Assembly: GCA_030141605.1 (NCBI GenBank)
Contig: JAQGDQ010000309.1
Span: 186,001 to 250,000, forward strand
Length of the DNA stretch: 64,000 nucleotides
Direction: 5' to 3'
Origin: Tubiluchus corallicola
Lineage: Eukaryota > Animalia > Priapulida
Shown here: positions 1-13,285 of the stretch, one piece after another
Numbering within the stretch: position 1 is the first letter of the stretch
Layout of the letters: every line of letters starts with the position of its first letter
The notes under the pieces: generated by a model
The model's database searches: none
Seen by the model: the letters and a program-made list of their open reading frames with translations, nothing else
What the model was told of the DNA's origin: nothing
Made by a program: the position numbers and the translations under genes

Positions 1-189
1 AGTTACCCCTTAAAGGATGATTTTCCACAACGTAAGTCAATCAAAAATATGTTACGAACACACAAATAATTAATATTATCAAAGTCCACAGGCCAACTGT
101 ACAATATAGAGGCGTAAAAGAGCCAAAGATGAAATACAGAATACTAACCCGTTGAGGTTATTGGATGCCACTCTTCTTAAACTGCTGAA

Positions 190-295
190 GATGGGAGAGG
201 TCGGGTGTGGGCTAACAACCCATACCCGCAAGAAGCATGGCACTGGAGTGTCACGGCCTTATACGCCTCCTGGTGTGGAAAGTAACAGGATAATT
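190..295 (+). mobile_element. Possible RTE-related non-autonomous retroelement fragment
   Basis: GGGTGTGGGCTAACAACCCATACCCGCAA resembles a motif recalled from RTE 5' regions, followed closely by an RTE-like 3' end (GGCCTTATACGCCTCCTGGTGTGG). From memory only; no TSD found. Confidence 0.3.
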
Positions 296-2746
296 GAAGC
301 AGAAAAATGACAGATTTTGCTCATAAATTACTTTCTCTTTTTCTGTTTCTTATACAAACTGACAATTATATGAATATGCGGAATTCGATTGTAGAAAACA
401 GAAAACATAGATTACTATCACAAAGGGGTAATACATCAAATTTTTACTGTACAAAATAACGATGTTGTATGTAAAATATTACTATCATTATTATTATTGT
501 GTGAAATTGTGTGTCTAGTTCTACCAAAGGTCTTTTCAAAACGTCAATTTTTTTCACCTTCACTCTTTTTTAAAATATGATTTTCTTATATATTTAATTT
601 TCATGCAAATAACGATAACATATATAAAGAACTTATCAGGTTTTATAGATAAAAATTATGCTCAATTATTTACCAGACAACTTTAAATCATTATTTAATC
701 TACCATGCTAATAAGTGCCCAAATTAATCAAACTTTTTGCCAAATAAACTGTAGCTGACTTGATGACTTTTTAGTCAATTCGCCACCTTATTTCGTTGAC
801 TTTATAATTACTTTATTAACACATTTATTACTCTAATTAGGTTTGTATATTTTTATTACATGTATAATTTTCTGAAATGCTAAAGAGAAAAATAAACTTG
901 ATTTGATTTGATTTTAATTTACGACAGAGGAACAACAGTGAACGTTAATATCCCTATATCGTAGCTCACTTGCATGTGTATTTAAAGATGTTCTTCATTG
1001 TTACGTACCTTTAGCATTCGATGCTGCTACTTGATTTATAGCATTTGTATTCCTATTTTGTATGCTGTTAAACGTAATTCTCGTTGAAGTGGTATAAAAA
1101 CTAACGAATGTGATATTTTAGATTGATAGATAGATATTTTATTTCTGAAAATCAAATTTTTATTTGAAAATTACAAAATCTATGTGTGCCCGGTGGTTTT
1201 ATCAGTGGGCAGAACTCAGGTAATGATTTTCAGGTTATACTAACCATTTCGTCCAACATGTATGCTGCCCAAGGTATATTCACAGTTACAAAAAGTTATA
1301 TAAAAATGTTTTATATGTTCTACAATATTATATATACAATGTTACACAGTTATGGCAAAATCTATGCATATCATTTAAAATTTTAAATATAATAATATTA
1401 GGCCTATCCTCCGTAACTGCAGAGAGATCTACAGTAATGATAACTAAGTATAAACGAAGTTATAGTGTTAGCCAGAGTTGTAATAATAAGTAACAGTGAT
1501 AGCAATATGCCAGTTGGTTCGTTAAATTTTAACATGGTTGCCGTTTCAGGTTTTGGCTAGTAAAGTCTCTTGCGTAAGAACATTTCAAGTCGTGTGAAAA
1601 TTTCTAACACTTTACGTTACTTAAAGGGGTGGGTAGCAAAATATCAGATAAGTACCACATCAATAATAATTATCAACTGCAGCGGTGACATAACACCGCT
1701 CTCAACGCACCTAAAGTACTGAAGTTGATGTCGTATTACCTTATAATACTCTCTATCAGTAATGAGATTAAACATTCCAACCTCTAAAGGCCAATAAATC
1801 AATAATGTTTACTGTTTTTTGGGAAATTCCGACCTCAAGCACCTAAGTCAGCAGTTTTTATGGGTAACGTTATTATGATGTTTGTCAAACATGGCTTGTG
1901 TTTCAATCAAACGCATGTAAAGCAATTAATAACATGTAAAAACATTTTTTAATTTGTATTTATTTGTTTATCCATTCAGTGTTACGAATAGAATTACAAT
2001 TTCATTATTCTGTTGATAAATTTGACATGCTTCCGCGCAGAAGTGCCATGGGTGTAACTAACATTAGCTTCAGTTACGTCCAACATCCTACATACGACTT
2101 AGCTACAGCAGATGAAAAGAATAAACAACAGTGCGGAAAACTAATAGGTGAATTAACAAAATAATGTTGATGATGACGACAATAATGGCGACATTAACAA
2201 TAACAGCTAAATAATGGTTATAATGGTGAAGATCATGACATATCAGTTATAATAATGATAATTGATTCTAGCGATAAAGATGATATTGAAGAACCAAGGC
2301 CGATCGATGGCCTGCACAAATTGAACAAATTTTTGAACTGGCACGAGAATCAGTATTAAAATAATGAACGATTCAGTGAGAATTGAGTGATCAGTCGCAA
2401 TATAGATCAATTAGACTGATAAGTGTCAACGACTGATTTTTGCTTGCGTTAAATATACTTTAATTATTTTGATCTAGCATTTTGAATTTTTGTATGTTTA
2501 GGTCTCTCCATAATAGTTTCTATACCTAACTTTATTCTATTGTTGACTGTAACAGTTTTAACAACAAGTTTTAGAAAAAAATTAGAATTTAAAATAAGCA
2601 TATACATTATTATTTAATTTTACATGTGCTTCACTGCTTTGTTAATACGTATAAAATGTATACGTGAATTATCAAGATTCAAAATTTGTATTTTTAAAAG
2701 TACTCTTCAATAATTAGCTGTGTATTATGTTTCTTATATTCTGAAT

Positions 2747-3304
2747 CTACTGCATACTTGGCGCTGTCATACCATACGCATAAAGAGGCTGACCCATGTG
2801 CCCTGCAGACTGCTCTCCTGCGAACTGTGTTTGTTGTTGAACTTGCATTCCACCTGTAGCCAAAACTCCACCTGGTTGTACGTGATATACAACTCCTGGA
2901 ATACTCCCTGTTCCACAGCAAACTGCCTTGCAGCAAAGGGACGCAGACAAAATAGAGGACAGCATTTCTATAGATGCTAATACTATTTGGATCCAGAAAA
3001 CAGCCTTAACAAATATGATGGGATGGTAAGATTCGCAGCCAAGCTCATAACAATAATATGCATCAGCTATGGATACACTAGCTGAAATTAAAAGGATGCC
3101 TGCAAATACGGCAGCAAGAATACTTAACACCATGAAAGAAATGATCAAGCATTTCTGTTTTTGGCTAGTTCCAGCTGCACCAAGACCTAAGCCTCCGGCA
3201 ATAATGAAGAAAATCCCGCACCAAATGCCAGCACCAGTGGCGAAGTAAGTTATTGCTATTATTAATGCTATTTCCAGCATAAGTGCAACACAGCCACACA
3301 GAAC
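2747..3304 (-). CDS. MS4A/CD20-like tetraspan membrane protein, last coding exon
   Basis: Acceptor CTGCCTTTGTAG|GTTCTG at 3305/3304, phase 0, in frame with ORF 2747..3280. Reads VLCGCVALMLEIALI...GAGIWCGIFFIIAGGLG...KCLIISFMVLSILAAVFAGILL...IEMLSSILSASLCCKAVCC: four hydrophobic segments, the MS4A-type GxWxGxxxIIAGxLG motif and a Cys-rich juxtamembrane tail. Confidence 0.85.
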   Translation of the reverse strand, partial: VLCGCVALMLEIALIIAITYFATGAGIWCGIFFIIAGGLGLGAAGTSQKQKCLIISFMVLSILAAVFAGILLISASVSIADAYYCYELGCESYHPIIFVKAVFWIQIVLASIEMLSSILSASLCCKAVCCGTGSIPGVVYHVQPGGVLATGGMQVQQQTQFAGEQSAGHMGQPLYAYGMTAPSMQ

Positions 3305-3414
3305 CTACAAAGGCAGAAAGTTGTAACTTTACTTCGCTGACTGTCTTAATGGTTTCATATGCAAAACTTGTGACACAGCTGACCATTCCTAGGATTTTAC
3401 TTCTCTGCTAGTTG

Positions 3415-3840
3415 TAGTGATGGGAATCGATTATCGTTTATCTATGAAAAATCGATCTTTTTAACGATTTTCGAATGGATACAAAGCAAAATTGATTTTG
3501 TTTTGTCTATTATTTGTTTTGTGAAAAAATAAATGATTATCACAACAGAACATCGATACAATTAGAGCATCTATGTCAAAATCGGTGTGTCATTTCAGTG
3601 ATAATTGTGTGCTCTAGCAATAATAAACATATTATTTACATTACCGTGTTATTAACTTCAAAACATGGTAGCATTAATTACATAAAATGATGCTTCGCGG
3701 TTTGCACTGTGTAGTACAGTGTGTACAATGCTTGTAACACAATTTTGTAAAACGCTTATCGAAATAGAAATCGTATCGCAATTTTTTGAAATGTGCTTAT
3801 CGAAATCGTACCGTAAGTTTTGCATCGATTCCCATCACTA
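3415..3840. mobile_element. MITE (hAT-like) in MS4A intron
   Basis: 17-bp TIRs TAGTGATGGGAATCGAT ... ATCGATTCCCATCACTA with internal ATCGA subrepeats; TSD degenerate. Confidence 0.7.
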
Positions 3841-4461
3841 TGCTTGTGAAATATTGTGCAAAGTTGTATGGGAACGTATGGGAAGATTTTAGCTAGCTGC
3901 AACAACTAGCTCTTAATTAAATTTCTAATTTAATATTGATTACTAGGAATCATTTTGGTAAATAAACCTATCATTTATTACCAGGTAATAAAAGGCATAT
4001 TTCAGCTCGAAGGTTAAAATGAGCTTAAAAACAACTTTTAAATTCATTTCAAGTCAGCTAGCACATGCTCAAGCATGAAAAACATAAACAAGTCTTGCAT
4101 GAACCAGGTTAAATGCATATGCAAGAAAGAGCAGTGCCACCAATTACTAGATATCAATTTTGCATTCCAGATTTCTTTACTGCTGAAGCTACATTTTATT
4201 TTTACAAATCAACTAATTGATCTTGCATGAATATTGCAGTCATATCTTGGCTAACACTCCAGATTTTTCCACAACGAACCTCGTTTGATGTCAATTCTGT
4301 AGCTTCGACACATCAAAGGTCAGTTGCTACATTAAATCTACTTCTAAAAATGATGCCCTTAGGATCTATCGTCATTGGTTCCCAAAGTCCCACCAATTTG
4401 TTCATAAAGGCCCACCTCTTTTTTCCTGACACTTTGCCAAGATTACAGATTTGAGAAATAT

Positions 4462-4800
4462 ACTGTAGCCAAGTGGTACGGCAGTTGTCAGCCGATCTGG
4501 ACTTTATGGGTTCGAATGTCATTCGTGTCGAGATACTTCGAATCATGTTTCAAACAGATATAACTGTTTAGCCTTAACTTGACTGTTGAGAGTCTTAATT
4601 TGACTACATGGTCATGCGCAGGGTACGAAAAGCTGCCAAACAGTGAGCTAATCACCTGTCCTTCTTGGGTACCAAGGCTACGAAAATTGATGCCCTAAGC
4701 ACTCACCCCAACGCCAGACCCGTCTGGCATGGGACCTCGAAGAAAATCTCGGAAGACTACAACCTCAGCAGATTCAAGACAAATGGCAAGAGATATCTCC
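4462..4800 (+). mobile_element. Putative tRNA-derived SINE remnant
   Basis: A-box-like TAGCCAAGTGG (~4466) and B-box-like GGTTCGAAT (~4509) followed by a GC-richer body; boundaries approximate. Confidence 0.3.
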
Positions 4801-5008
4801 TTGCGATTTGTGAATTGTGTTACATTGGAAATGTGTTTTTGCTCACATTATTCTACTAAAACCTCTTACATTAAGTGGCTATTGACCTTGTCTGGGATTT
4901 GTTGCCTTTGCCTTAACTTTATTTATTCAGGCCTGAAACAATAAGTCTATATAATGTTTTAATCACAGCAATTAAAACTACCATTTTTAGCTTTCATAAT
5001 ATTCATAC

Positions 5009-5272
5009 CTGTAGAACAGAAAGAATTTTTGCAAACTTTTCAGCAAACTCTAGTTGCTTAGCAGTTGTCAAATTGGCTTGTATGAAAAGTTGTTGGTTCA
5101 CTATACGTGGATAGCTTGTTAGAAAAGCTCCTTCAGGCGCAATTGCTGTTTGAGGCGCAGAAATTGGAGCAACTACAACTTGTGGAGCATGGCCTGTGGC
5201 AGGTACTGCTTGTGGAGTTGCTGCAGAAGCATACGAAGGTGGCTTCATATCTGTATTTTCTGTGTCATGCAT
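5009..5272 (-). CDS. MS4A/CD20-like protein, first coding exon
   Basis: ATG at 5272, Pro/Ala/Gln-rich N-terminus ending KILSVLQ at donor CAG|GTATGA (5009/5008). Joined CDS is 822 nt = 273 aa. Acceptor TTTTTCAG at 5307 and a candidate upstream non-coding exon donor AAG|GTAAAT at 5754/5753. Confidence 0.8.
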
Positions 5273-5574
5273 GTCTGGTATGGTTCTATGGTGAAGCCAG
5301 TTGTAACTGAAAAACAGATAATATTAATATTTATTTGTTATTTCACTAAAACATTTTGTAGCACTTAGTTTAGAATCAGCTAAACGCACCATGTATTTTC
5401 ACCTGCTTTAGAAAATAAAATTGAGTCGCTATAGTATTTCAATGAGACAATGTGTAACATGACATTACATACAAAATAACCCTGTTAGAAATACTCAGAA
5501 TGAAGAATATATAAATATACCAACGTGAACGTTATGAAACTATGCCCACACAACTGCACAACTACTTTAGATAA

Positions 5575-5609
5575 AACACACACACACGTGCACACCCTCA
5601 CACATGCAC

Positions 5610-5647
<38 letters not shown>
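5575..5647. repeat. (CA)n microsatellite
   Basis: Direct reading. Confidence 0.95.
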
Positions 5648-5649
<2 letters not shown>

Positions 5650-6644
5650 GAAAACAAGAATATATATTCAATATAAATATAGCTTAAAAACGAAAGTATA
5701 TGTTACACAATGAATAATAAATTGCATTATTAATTAAGAATTTCAAAATTTACCTTGTAAGTCAACACCTTTTCGATTACAAGAATATGAACTTCCTTGA
5801 GTGACGCTGTTTTTAAACTGATTTCGTCTAAACTTAAGTTGCTTGTGCGTTTGCCAATAGGTGTAATATCAAAGATCAATATTTTTGAAGTGTTTTTGCT
5901 AGCGCAAAGTATCAGAGTTTATTGCACTATTTTGTGTATGACTAAATTTCTGTCAACTTAGACCCTTAGTAATGTTTGCTAGAAGAATATCTTTGTTTTA
6001 ACCTGACTCAGCTTTATGAATATTCTAGTTGTTTAGTCCAGTAACTTTGGCCATTACTGTATGATGTCATGCATCTTCATTGTGTGCTTTGTAATATTCT
6101 GACAAACTACACACTCATGCGTAAGCACACAAGTAAATTTGAATTTTGAATTTTTATCTTTAGAACTTGCATAGTTTCGCAAACTCTCGTAGAATATTTT
6201 TGCTGTTGAAAATTATGTTAGTTTGTGATATCATCAATAGTTGGGCCCTCCGGCCTTTAAATAAGCTTTTAACCTATTGTTTAGTGGTTAGAAACGCTTT
6301 CGCAGTACTAATTGTGTTAAAATGTATACTTTTTGTCAGACTTGAAAATGGGGACGTATATGAAAAATCATCCTATCTTCCTTTAATAATTATTTCAGAA
6401 AGATAAAAGAAATGCCACGCCTTCTGGAACTTATTTCAATGCCCGCAAAAAATGTTAAAAGGATTTAATAATAAAAGTGTGTAATTAGTAAAATCACTTC
6501 AAAATCGAGATTAATTCATGTCTACTTTCAATTCCAAATTGTTACATTGCTAGAACGTTGTGACGCGTGTAAGCTCGTGTCAGTACCTAAACCAACGACT
6601 TATCCCCTGCAGTACACTAAAGAATTAAAGACAGTAAAAAACGA

Positions 6645-6712
6645 AACCTTCCTCGGCATTGAACCTAGGTTACTCACACGAAAACCGGATACGGTTCCCC
6701 TACACCAAAGAA
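6645..6712 (-). mobile_element. tRNA-like (SINE head or tRNA pseudogene) fragment
   Basis: Minus strand TGGTGTAGGGG (A-box-like) ... GGTTCAATGCC (B-box-like); no convincing cloverleaf. Confidence 0.3.
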
Positions 6713-9402
6713 TCATGAATGCGACTCAAAATTTTACTTTTTGTGCTCACATGCCAAAATGACTGGGCCTTATCCGGTTTCTTACTGTTGCTTGACGTAG
6801 TTTATCGTACTTGTAAACAATTAAGCGATATAAATTTTTAGAAACTGCATGTAAACTGGTAATAAAAAGTTAGATGTATATACGCCCAAACGAATATTAG
6901 CAAAAACGGCAATACGGCTTTAATTTGGAGCGATAAACCTGAAATAAATTTATTTTATATAGTACAAAAATCGAAAAACAAGAAGAAACTGCAGAAATTT
7001 AGCGAAAAAATAATAATTATTAACAAAGAGCAGTAATTAACAAGTAAGCAAATGAATTGAGAAAAACTGTTGTGGGTAGATTTAGTATTACGCATTTAAA
7101 ATCAAAATTAAAGGGAAATATACCATTGTTTATATACAAAATATTAGCAGTAGATTGCATATGAAATTAACATCGTTATTACATGATAATTAGAGCCAAA
7201 ACTAGAATCATAGAATCATTATGGCTACTAACGATTTTAGTGGCCTTATTTAAACATCACATTTGTCACTAAAAGGCAGGCGAAAATACAAGTCGAAAAA
7301 AGAACTACATGTACACTGTGACAGAGTATGTACGGAAATGACAACAACAGGACTACAAGTATAGAGAATAGAGTACACAGGCATGTAGTGATTCATTTCA
7401 AGTGGTAATGTATAGTAGGGATGTACAATCGCATTCACATCTGGCTCCCCCAAAATGTCTAATGAGTATTTTGCACTGTTACCCAAACTTTTGAAATAGT
7501 AGTACAAGCGCTAATTAAGCAATTAATGTTAATTAATTAATTCCCCGACTATGGGAGCTTTTGACTGATTTGTGTTGTAAATGCTTTGTAGTATAATTAT
7601 GCTACAAATGCTGCACATGCTTATATTTATACATTTAACTAAACTAAACCAGACTAAAATCTGTTCATTTAAACTGTGTTAACAAATTTTCTTGCATAGT
7701 AATTATTACAGACGAGTGGAAAAGCAAAATCTTTAGTAAAAAGACTACATCAAAAATTTTCATAATTTTTATAATATGAACACATACGATCATAAAGACA
7801 TGCATAAAATGTAAAAAAAATAAAGATCCATGTGTATAATAACCTCAGAGCTCATATCTGCATATAAAATCAATGTACTAGAACCCAATAGATAATTTCC
7901 TGCTGTATAAAATTATTTTGATCGTATAATTGTTTTCATTTTTTAAATTTTGTTTGATTATTATTGTTTTGAATGTATGATTTCAAACAACATAACAAGT
8001 TTTATCAATTTTCAATTGTTTGAAAATAACTTTGAAATAAAGTAACACGGATTTTATGATTACAATACAAGAGCAAATACAAAAGTAATAGAGTAAGATT
8101 GAATTATTTTATATTAATTAATTATGCGCATCATATTGTTTAAGGGCAACAAATTGATTAACACTAAGTCTGTGTTTATACTATGCTTATACTATGTGCA
8201 CTTTTATAACCAATGGTCAATGACATTAGCTACCCGATTTCCTTGAATCAATGTTAACAGTTGTGCTCATTTCCTTTTTTCCTGGAAACAGCAATGACTC
8301 ATTGTGCTCATTTCCTCACTTCTTGATTCCATTTATGGTCTGAATACATGAATATGATGTACCCTCCAATAGGAACTTGAATCTGTAGTCATGTGATATA
8401 TAGCTCAATTCTTTCAAGGCATGCAAGTTTAGTTGATCTTAAGAGGGCAATGTTAAAGGTAATGATTTTTGAGTGCAAGTTTTCTCAATGTGTTTGTTGA
8501 TTTTATAACCAATGTGTATGGAGACATTTTTATGGCAATGAAACAAGTTATTCTACATTCCACCGTCAGTAAGAACTGGAGTCAATGTTTCACAATAAGG
8601 AGAATATCAACAAGCAGAGTGTAAATTTCTACAGGCACTTGTACTCAACCTATGTGTAATTGCTCTTGTCATTGAAGATTGCTTCTCGGTGTTAATATTA
8701 CCATAAATGTTTATGTACTACAAATGTTGCTGGTTCCTAAGGCAAACATGTAAACAGATGGCATTCCCCTACAATGTGCCGCTGAAGAAATACAATCTAT
8801 AAAGTTTATAAAGTATAAACACATCATTTCAAGACAATTATAACATTATTAATTTTTGTCGAACATAAGTAACAGTTTTTTATTAGATAAAAGATTATAC
8901 ATTTTTGCTCTACATTTCAGTTGCGAAAGAATTTTTAAACTTTTGCCTTTTTGAACAATACGGCAATGAAAACTCGACAGCTTCGATGTCTCTAAAGATG
9001 ATTAAGCTAAACTTCGGAGAGCGGCAAAGCTAATCGAACACTTTTTTGGATATTATATTGTTGTTTTCTGTGAAAATTGTCCAAAAACTGCAAAGTCCAA
9101 TGAAAATATGCTCGAATGCTAGAGAAATAAAAAGACTTTTTCTAACTAACCCGCAAGTGATAGGAAGAGAGTGCTAGTACCTGTTTATGTTCTTCATAAA
9201 CTGGAAGAGATATTTAGAAAAATAATTTGGCATTGGAAAATTTCATTGACGAGAAACCCTCTAAAAAGACTTTTGAGAAAAGCATTTTAACAACAGATGA
9301 ACTAATTATGAAACTAATACTGAAAAATAAATATAAAATTTCCCAAGTTAATCTAAGTGTGACATTCACAGCTGAGCTAGTACTTTTGTTTGTTGTAAGA
9401 TT

Positions 9403-10401
9403 TTAAGAAAATTCTGGATCCTCCATATTGGTAATATTCACTCTGCGGCTAAATCTCATAGGCTTTCTCAGTTCCTTCACGGAATTTGGCCATGATTCAC
9501 CAAATTTTGTACTTAAATCAGTCAGAGGTATCAGCCAAAAATGCAGCAAGAAACTCCTTGGCAATTTGTCCTTCAATGACTTTTTCAGATAGACATCAAC
9601 ATTAATATAGTTAATGTAGTCACGTTGTCCGTCCCAATAGACAATTACTTTTCTGGCTTTACATGTAAAATACTCCTCTCCATGGCAATTGCTCTCATTA
9701 TATATCAGTGATCCAATGCATACCGTAAAATCATTTCCGTGCTTAAATCTGTCTCTATCCTCTGCGGGCAGTGTCCACAACTTTGTTCCAACAGCAGCAT
9801 TTATATCAACAGCTAGCAACCTCGACTCGGAAGGATAGGAAGAGTAAAAAATCGGTGCAAAGCGATCTAAGATGGCTACTTGTATGTAAAGCGTAACCTC
9901 ATGGTAGTTGCGCTTGAAGTACTCTGGAAATCTTCGTTGACAGTAGACTTCTTCCGTACTATATGGGATCAAAGCTCTGAAGCATGTTACGCAGAGAAAC
10001 TTAACCATAAGTTTGGGGTGAAGTTGTTGAAGCTGATCAGGTTTGTGAGCAATGATGTAATTTTCAAATAAATCCTGAGGTTCATTGTTTTTGAACTCTA
10101 AATAAGGGCCCTTTATTCTGTTATATTCTACCTTAAACAGTGTCTTTTCCAAAATGTCAGTGTCTTTTCCAAAATGCACGATTGCATACAGACTCTTGCT
10201 CTGGAATGTCACGTCATCCCGGATTCCCATATCAAATGAATTCCCATTGTTAAACTCGTCTTCCGTAATTTGAATTTCATACTCATACGACCCAGAAGGC
10301 CCCTTACATCCGGGTGGAGGCGGTGTACCTCTTACGATACTGACATCCCTAAGAGGTGCAGCTAAACACAGTCTGATGAGTGCAAGAATTAAGATGAGCA
10401 T
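9403..10401 (-). CDS. Secreted cadherin-like protein (single coding exon, ~332 aa)
   Basis: Uninterrupted ORF; first ATG at 10401 gives signal peptide MLILILALIRLCLA (the track's start at 10422 is GTG). Cadherin-type motifs VAILDRFAPIF (cf. DxNDNxPxF), VGTKLWTLPAEDRD (cf. GTxVxxVxAxDxD) and YEYEIQITE; no TM segment. Confidence 0.75.
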   Translation of the reverse strand: MLILILALIRLCLAAPLRDVSIVRGTPPPPGCKGPSGSYEYEIQITEDEFNNGNSFDMGIRDDVTFQSKSLYAIVHFGKDTDILEKTLFKVEYNRIKGPYLEFKNNEPQDLFENYIIAHKPDQLQQLHPKLMVKFLCVTCFRALIPYSTEEVYCQRRFPEYFKRNYHEVTLYIQVAILDRFAPIFYSSYPSESRLLAVDINAAVGTKLWTLPAEDRDRFKHGNDFTVCIGSLIYNESNCHGEEYFTCKARKVIVYWDGQRDYINYINVDVYLKKSLKDKLPRSFLLHFWLIPLTDLSTKFGESWPNSVKELRKPMRFSRRVNITNMEDPEFS

Positions 10402-10902
10402 AGTTAATACTGTGAGTGCCACCTACTTCTTTTAAGATGTACCACGCATATTCTACTAATAACTTTAGAACTGTTCACACTAGTCTTCTCAATACAGCAA
10501 ATAAGTAATAAGGAAATTCACACCAAGCCGGACTTGCAACAGCGCATCTTTAGTATACATCCAGTCATCATCAGTTCTAGCTCTTGTTAAATCAGAATTC
10601 GTTTCATCAGCACGAGAACTCATTGTTTGTTTTCATTCTATAACCATTGTTATTCTTAGTTGTTTTCGCTGCAAGAATTTTGTGTCGTACAACTTCAAGT
10701 CAAGTTTTTTCTTTCACTCTTCGAAAATTTAATAACAATGCTGTTTAAGTAACCACTTTAGTAAATTTAATGAAAACAAATTAAAATAGGCTGAAATTAG
10801 TTAAAGATGAAACGGCTTGGTTGAATTGAATATTTTAAACTAAGAATTCAATTCTTGCACGTTCTTGACAGTCGTTACAACAATAACTAAGCGAATTACA
10901 TT

Positions 10903-11072
10903 TAGTACAGCGCAGACCTCTGCCAGCGGACAAAAGTATCCACTTGCTTTCAAATTTTTGACTTAAGGGCACGAAAACGGGTTTAAATAATTTTAATCAC
11001 ACACTTGTGGACATACAAACAAAATAACACAGTACCAGAGTTATGAATGCATGACCTCCTTGGCAGAGGTTG
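10903..11072 (+). mobile_element. Helentron-associated (HINE/DINE-1-like) short element
   Basis: Subterminal inverted repeats ACCTCTGCCA (10916-10925) / TGGCAGAGGT (11061-11070) with 3' hairpin ACCTCCTTGGCAGAGGT; a related 5' end ACTAGAAGGCGCTCA...GCAGATCTCCGCCAAG lies at ~57879-57917. Confidence 0.5.
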
Positions 11073-11262
11073 TAAATCAGAGCTTTCAATTTATAACTTT
11101 TGCAAACATGTAACACCAAATGTGACTTTGGTCACTCATATACGACCAGGTCATCCAACTGTGACGATAGTGATACTGACGATAGTTTGTGACGTGTAGC
11201 TTTAATTCATGCAAAGCTGTTAACACTCATTCGAAGCTGTTAGACGACATCGAACTTTATTT

Positions 11263-11743
11263 CAGGGGTATGCAAATTGCGGCCCGCCGAGAGAATTTTT
11301 GTGGCCCACGAAGAGATTTGTCAACCTAATGAAAGTGCGGCCCGGGCGATTAATTGAGTGTATCCAGCTGAAGTCCGTGCCACGATCCCAAAGATAGTGC
11401 GGGTAGTTTTTTCTACTAGATCGGATGCCATTAACCCTTACAAGACGGTTGTAGTTTAATGTCACTGTACTACACAGACTGTGTGATACACATTACTAAT
11501 ATGCATTGTAATGAAATTACCACTATCTGTCCTGAAAGTAGAAATATATATGTTGTAATATAAATTTTAGTAACTTCTAAAATATTTTATTGAGTGTAGT
11601 AGTAATGATGTACGCAGGTCGGATGCAAAAAATCGTTATTAGGCCCTACTGTACTTGGCTCCTTGGTCAAACTGCCTGTGGTCCGCAGGAATTGCGGGAA
11701 AGTTTAATGTGGCCCGGCTAGTGAGATAATTTGCACACCCCTG
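11263..11743. mobile_element. hAT (Charlie-like) MITE
   Basis: TIRs CAGGGGTATGCAAATT ... AATTTGCACACCCCTG with subterminal GCGGCCCG/GTGGCCC motifs; TSD not conserved. Confidence 0.75.
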
Positions 11744-11759
11744 CTGTACTCCTTCAAAC

Positions 11760-12105
11760 TCTGACAATAGCTGTTCAACAAGGGGTTTAGTCAAATTATT
11801 CCGCCATTATGCAAACGTGCTTTGTTGACTCTTGGGCTACATTCAGAATGAACAACTAAAAAAGGAGAAATTGGAAAAGAAAGAGTTAAAGCTTGGATGG
11901 AAAAATAGCTACAGCAAAGAATTGAAAGGCAGTTGCAGCCTGATATTCAAAAATTTGAATGTTGAGCTGTCACGTGACTTTTCCCATTATATGCGCATGC
12001 CACACCCACCATGTTTGATTATTTTTTGCAAAAAGTTTAATTTAAAAAATTACATACGACCAGGAATTAGTGTTTTTTAAAGCAAAACCGGACCCAATCT
12101 TAAAT
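11760..12105. repeat. Inverted repeat, left arm (~345 bp)
   Basis: TCTGACAATAGCTGTTCAACAAG...AAAACCGGACCCAATCTTAAA is the reverse complement of 13286-13636, with scattered mismatches. Confidence 0.9.
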
Positions 12106-13285
12106 TATTCTTAAACCGGACAGTCAAATATGGCAGGCCTAAACTTACGAGTACACATACACTTTTTGATGCATGTATGCATATGAAAGCTGTGTTTAAT
12201 CTCAGAAGTAGACTGTCTTGAGTCAAAATACTCTTATTAATAACTGCTGTACAATACTGATACAATTTTTTAATAGAACATTTTTAAGTCGTGGCAAAGA
12301 ATTTTATTTACCCATTCTCACTAACTCTTTCTAGCATATAACCTTACTATGTTTCAGTATAAACTAACTCTGTGTTTCTACTTGTGCCTTATTTTTATTC
12401 TTCTAAGGACTGTAAATGTCTGAAATATAATAAATAATAATTTTAAACAATGCACCTACATTAAGTTTCCACTATACGTTACCAAAAAATTTTCAGTGCT
12501 ATTAAACAGAGAATGCCTCAATCGTACATTAAAGGACACGACAACATTTCATTTTCAAAGGAGTAAACGGATTACGGCTCCATAGAGTAACGTAAAAAAA
12601 TACCCCAATGACCATCGGTTGCCAGAGTTACTACGTTTTTATACATCAAGAAGAATTCTTTGATACCTACGAAATTCTTAGCTTTGGTTCTCACTCACCA
12701 CCATTAATTAAACGCATTGTTTTTTATTTAGTAAAATTGTTCTTCATTATTATTTTTACTACGCAGTCTATACTTCACTTAAAGGAAGACAGGGTGATTT
12801 TTCATATGCTACCCACTTCAAAGCCAGACAAAAAAATATACATTTTAACACAATTAAAACGGCAAAGGCATTTCTGATAATTAAATAATAGATTAAAAAC
12901 TTAACGACGGGCGAGCCCAGTTACTAATGATTTCACAGATAATTTTCAATAGCAAAAATATTCTACGAACGTATAGCACATATAAGACAGTGCTACAGTA
13001 ATATATTCAGTGTGTTGAACTAAAACTAGGCAAGTTTTATGATAAAAACTCTGATTTCAAATTTACAGCTATGCTCACGCGTGCGCTGTCGAACGTGCGT
13101 AGTTCGTCACAAACTAACACATCTGAACTGAGTGGTACAGCACCTGTTTTTTCTGCAATGCGTTTCCGAAATGCAGGCGCTAATGCCCGTTTAACAAGCG
13201 ATTGCCGAATGTGAAATTGTGTTTGTGCGATGATAATTTTTCAAAAAATAGTATGTTTCCAAGAGTAGATTGCTTTGACCTACAG

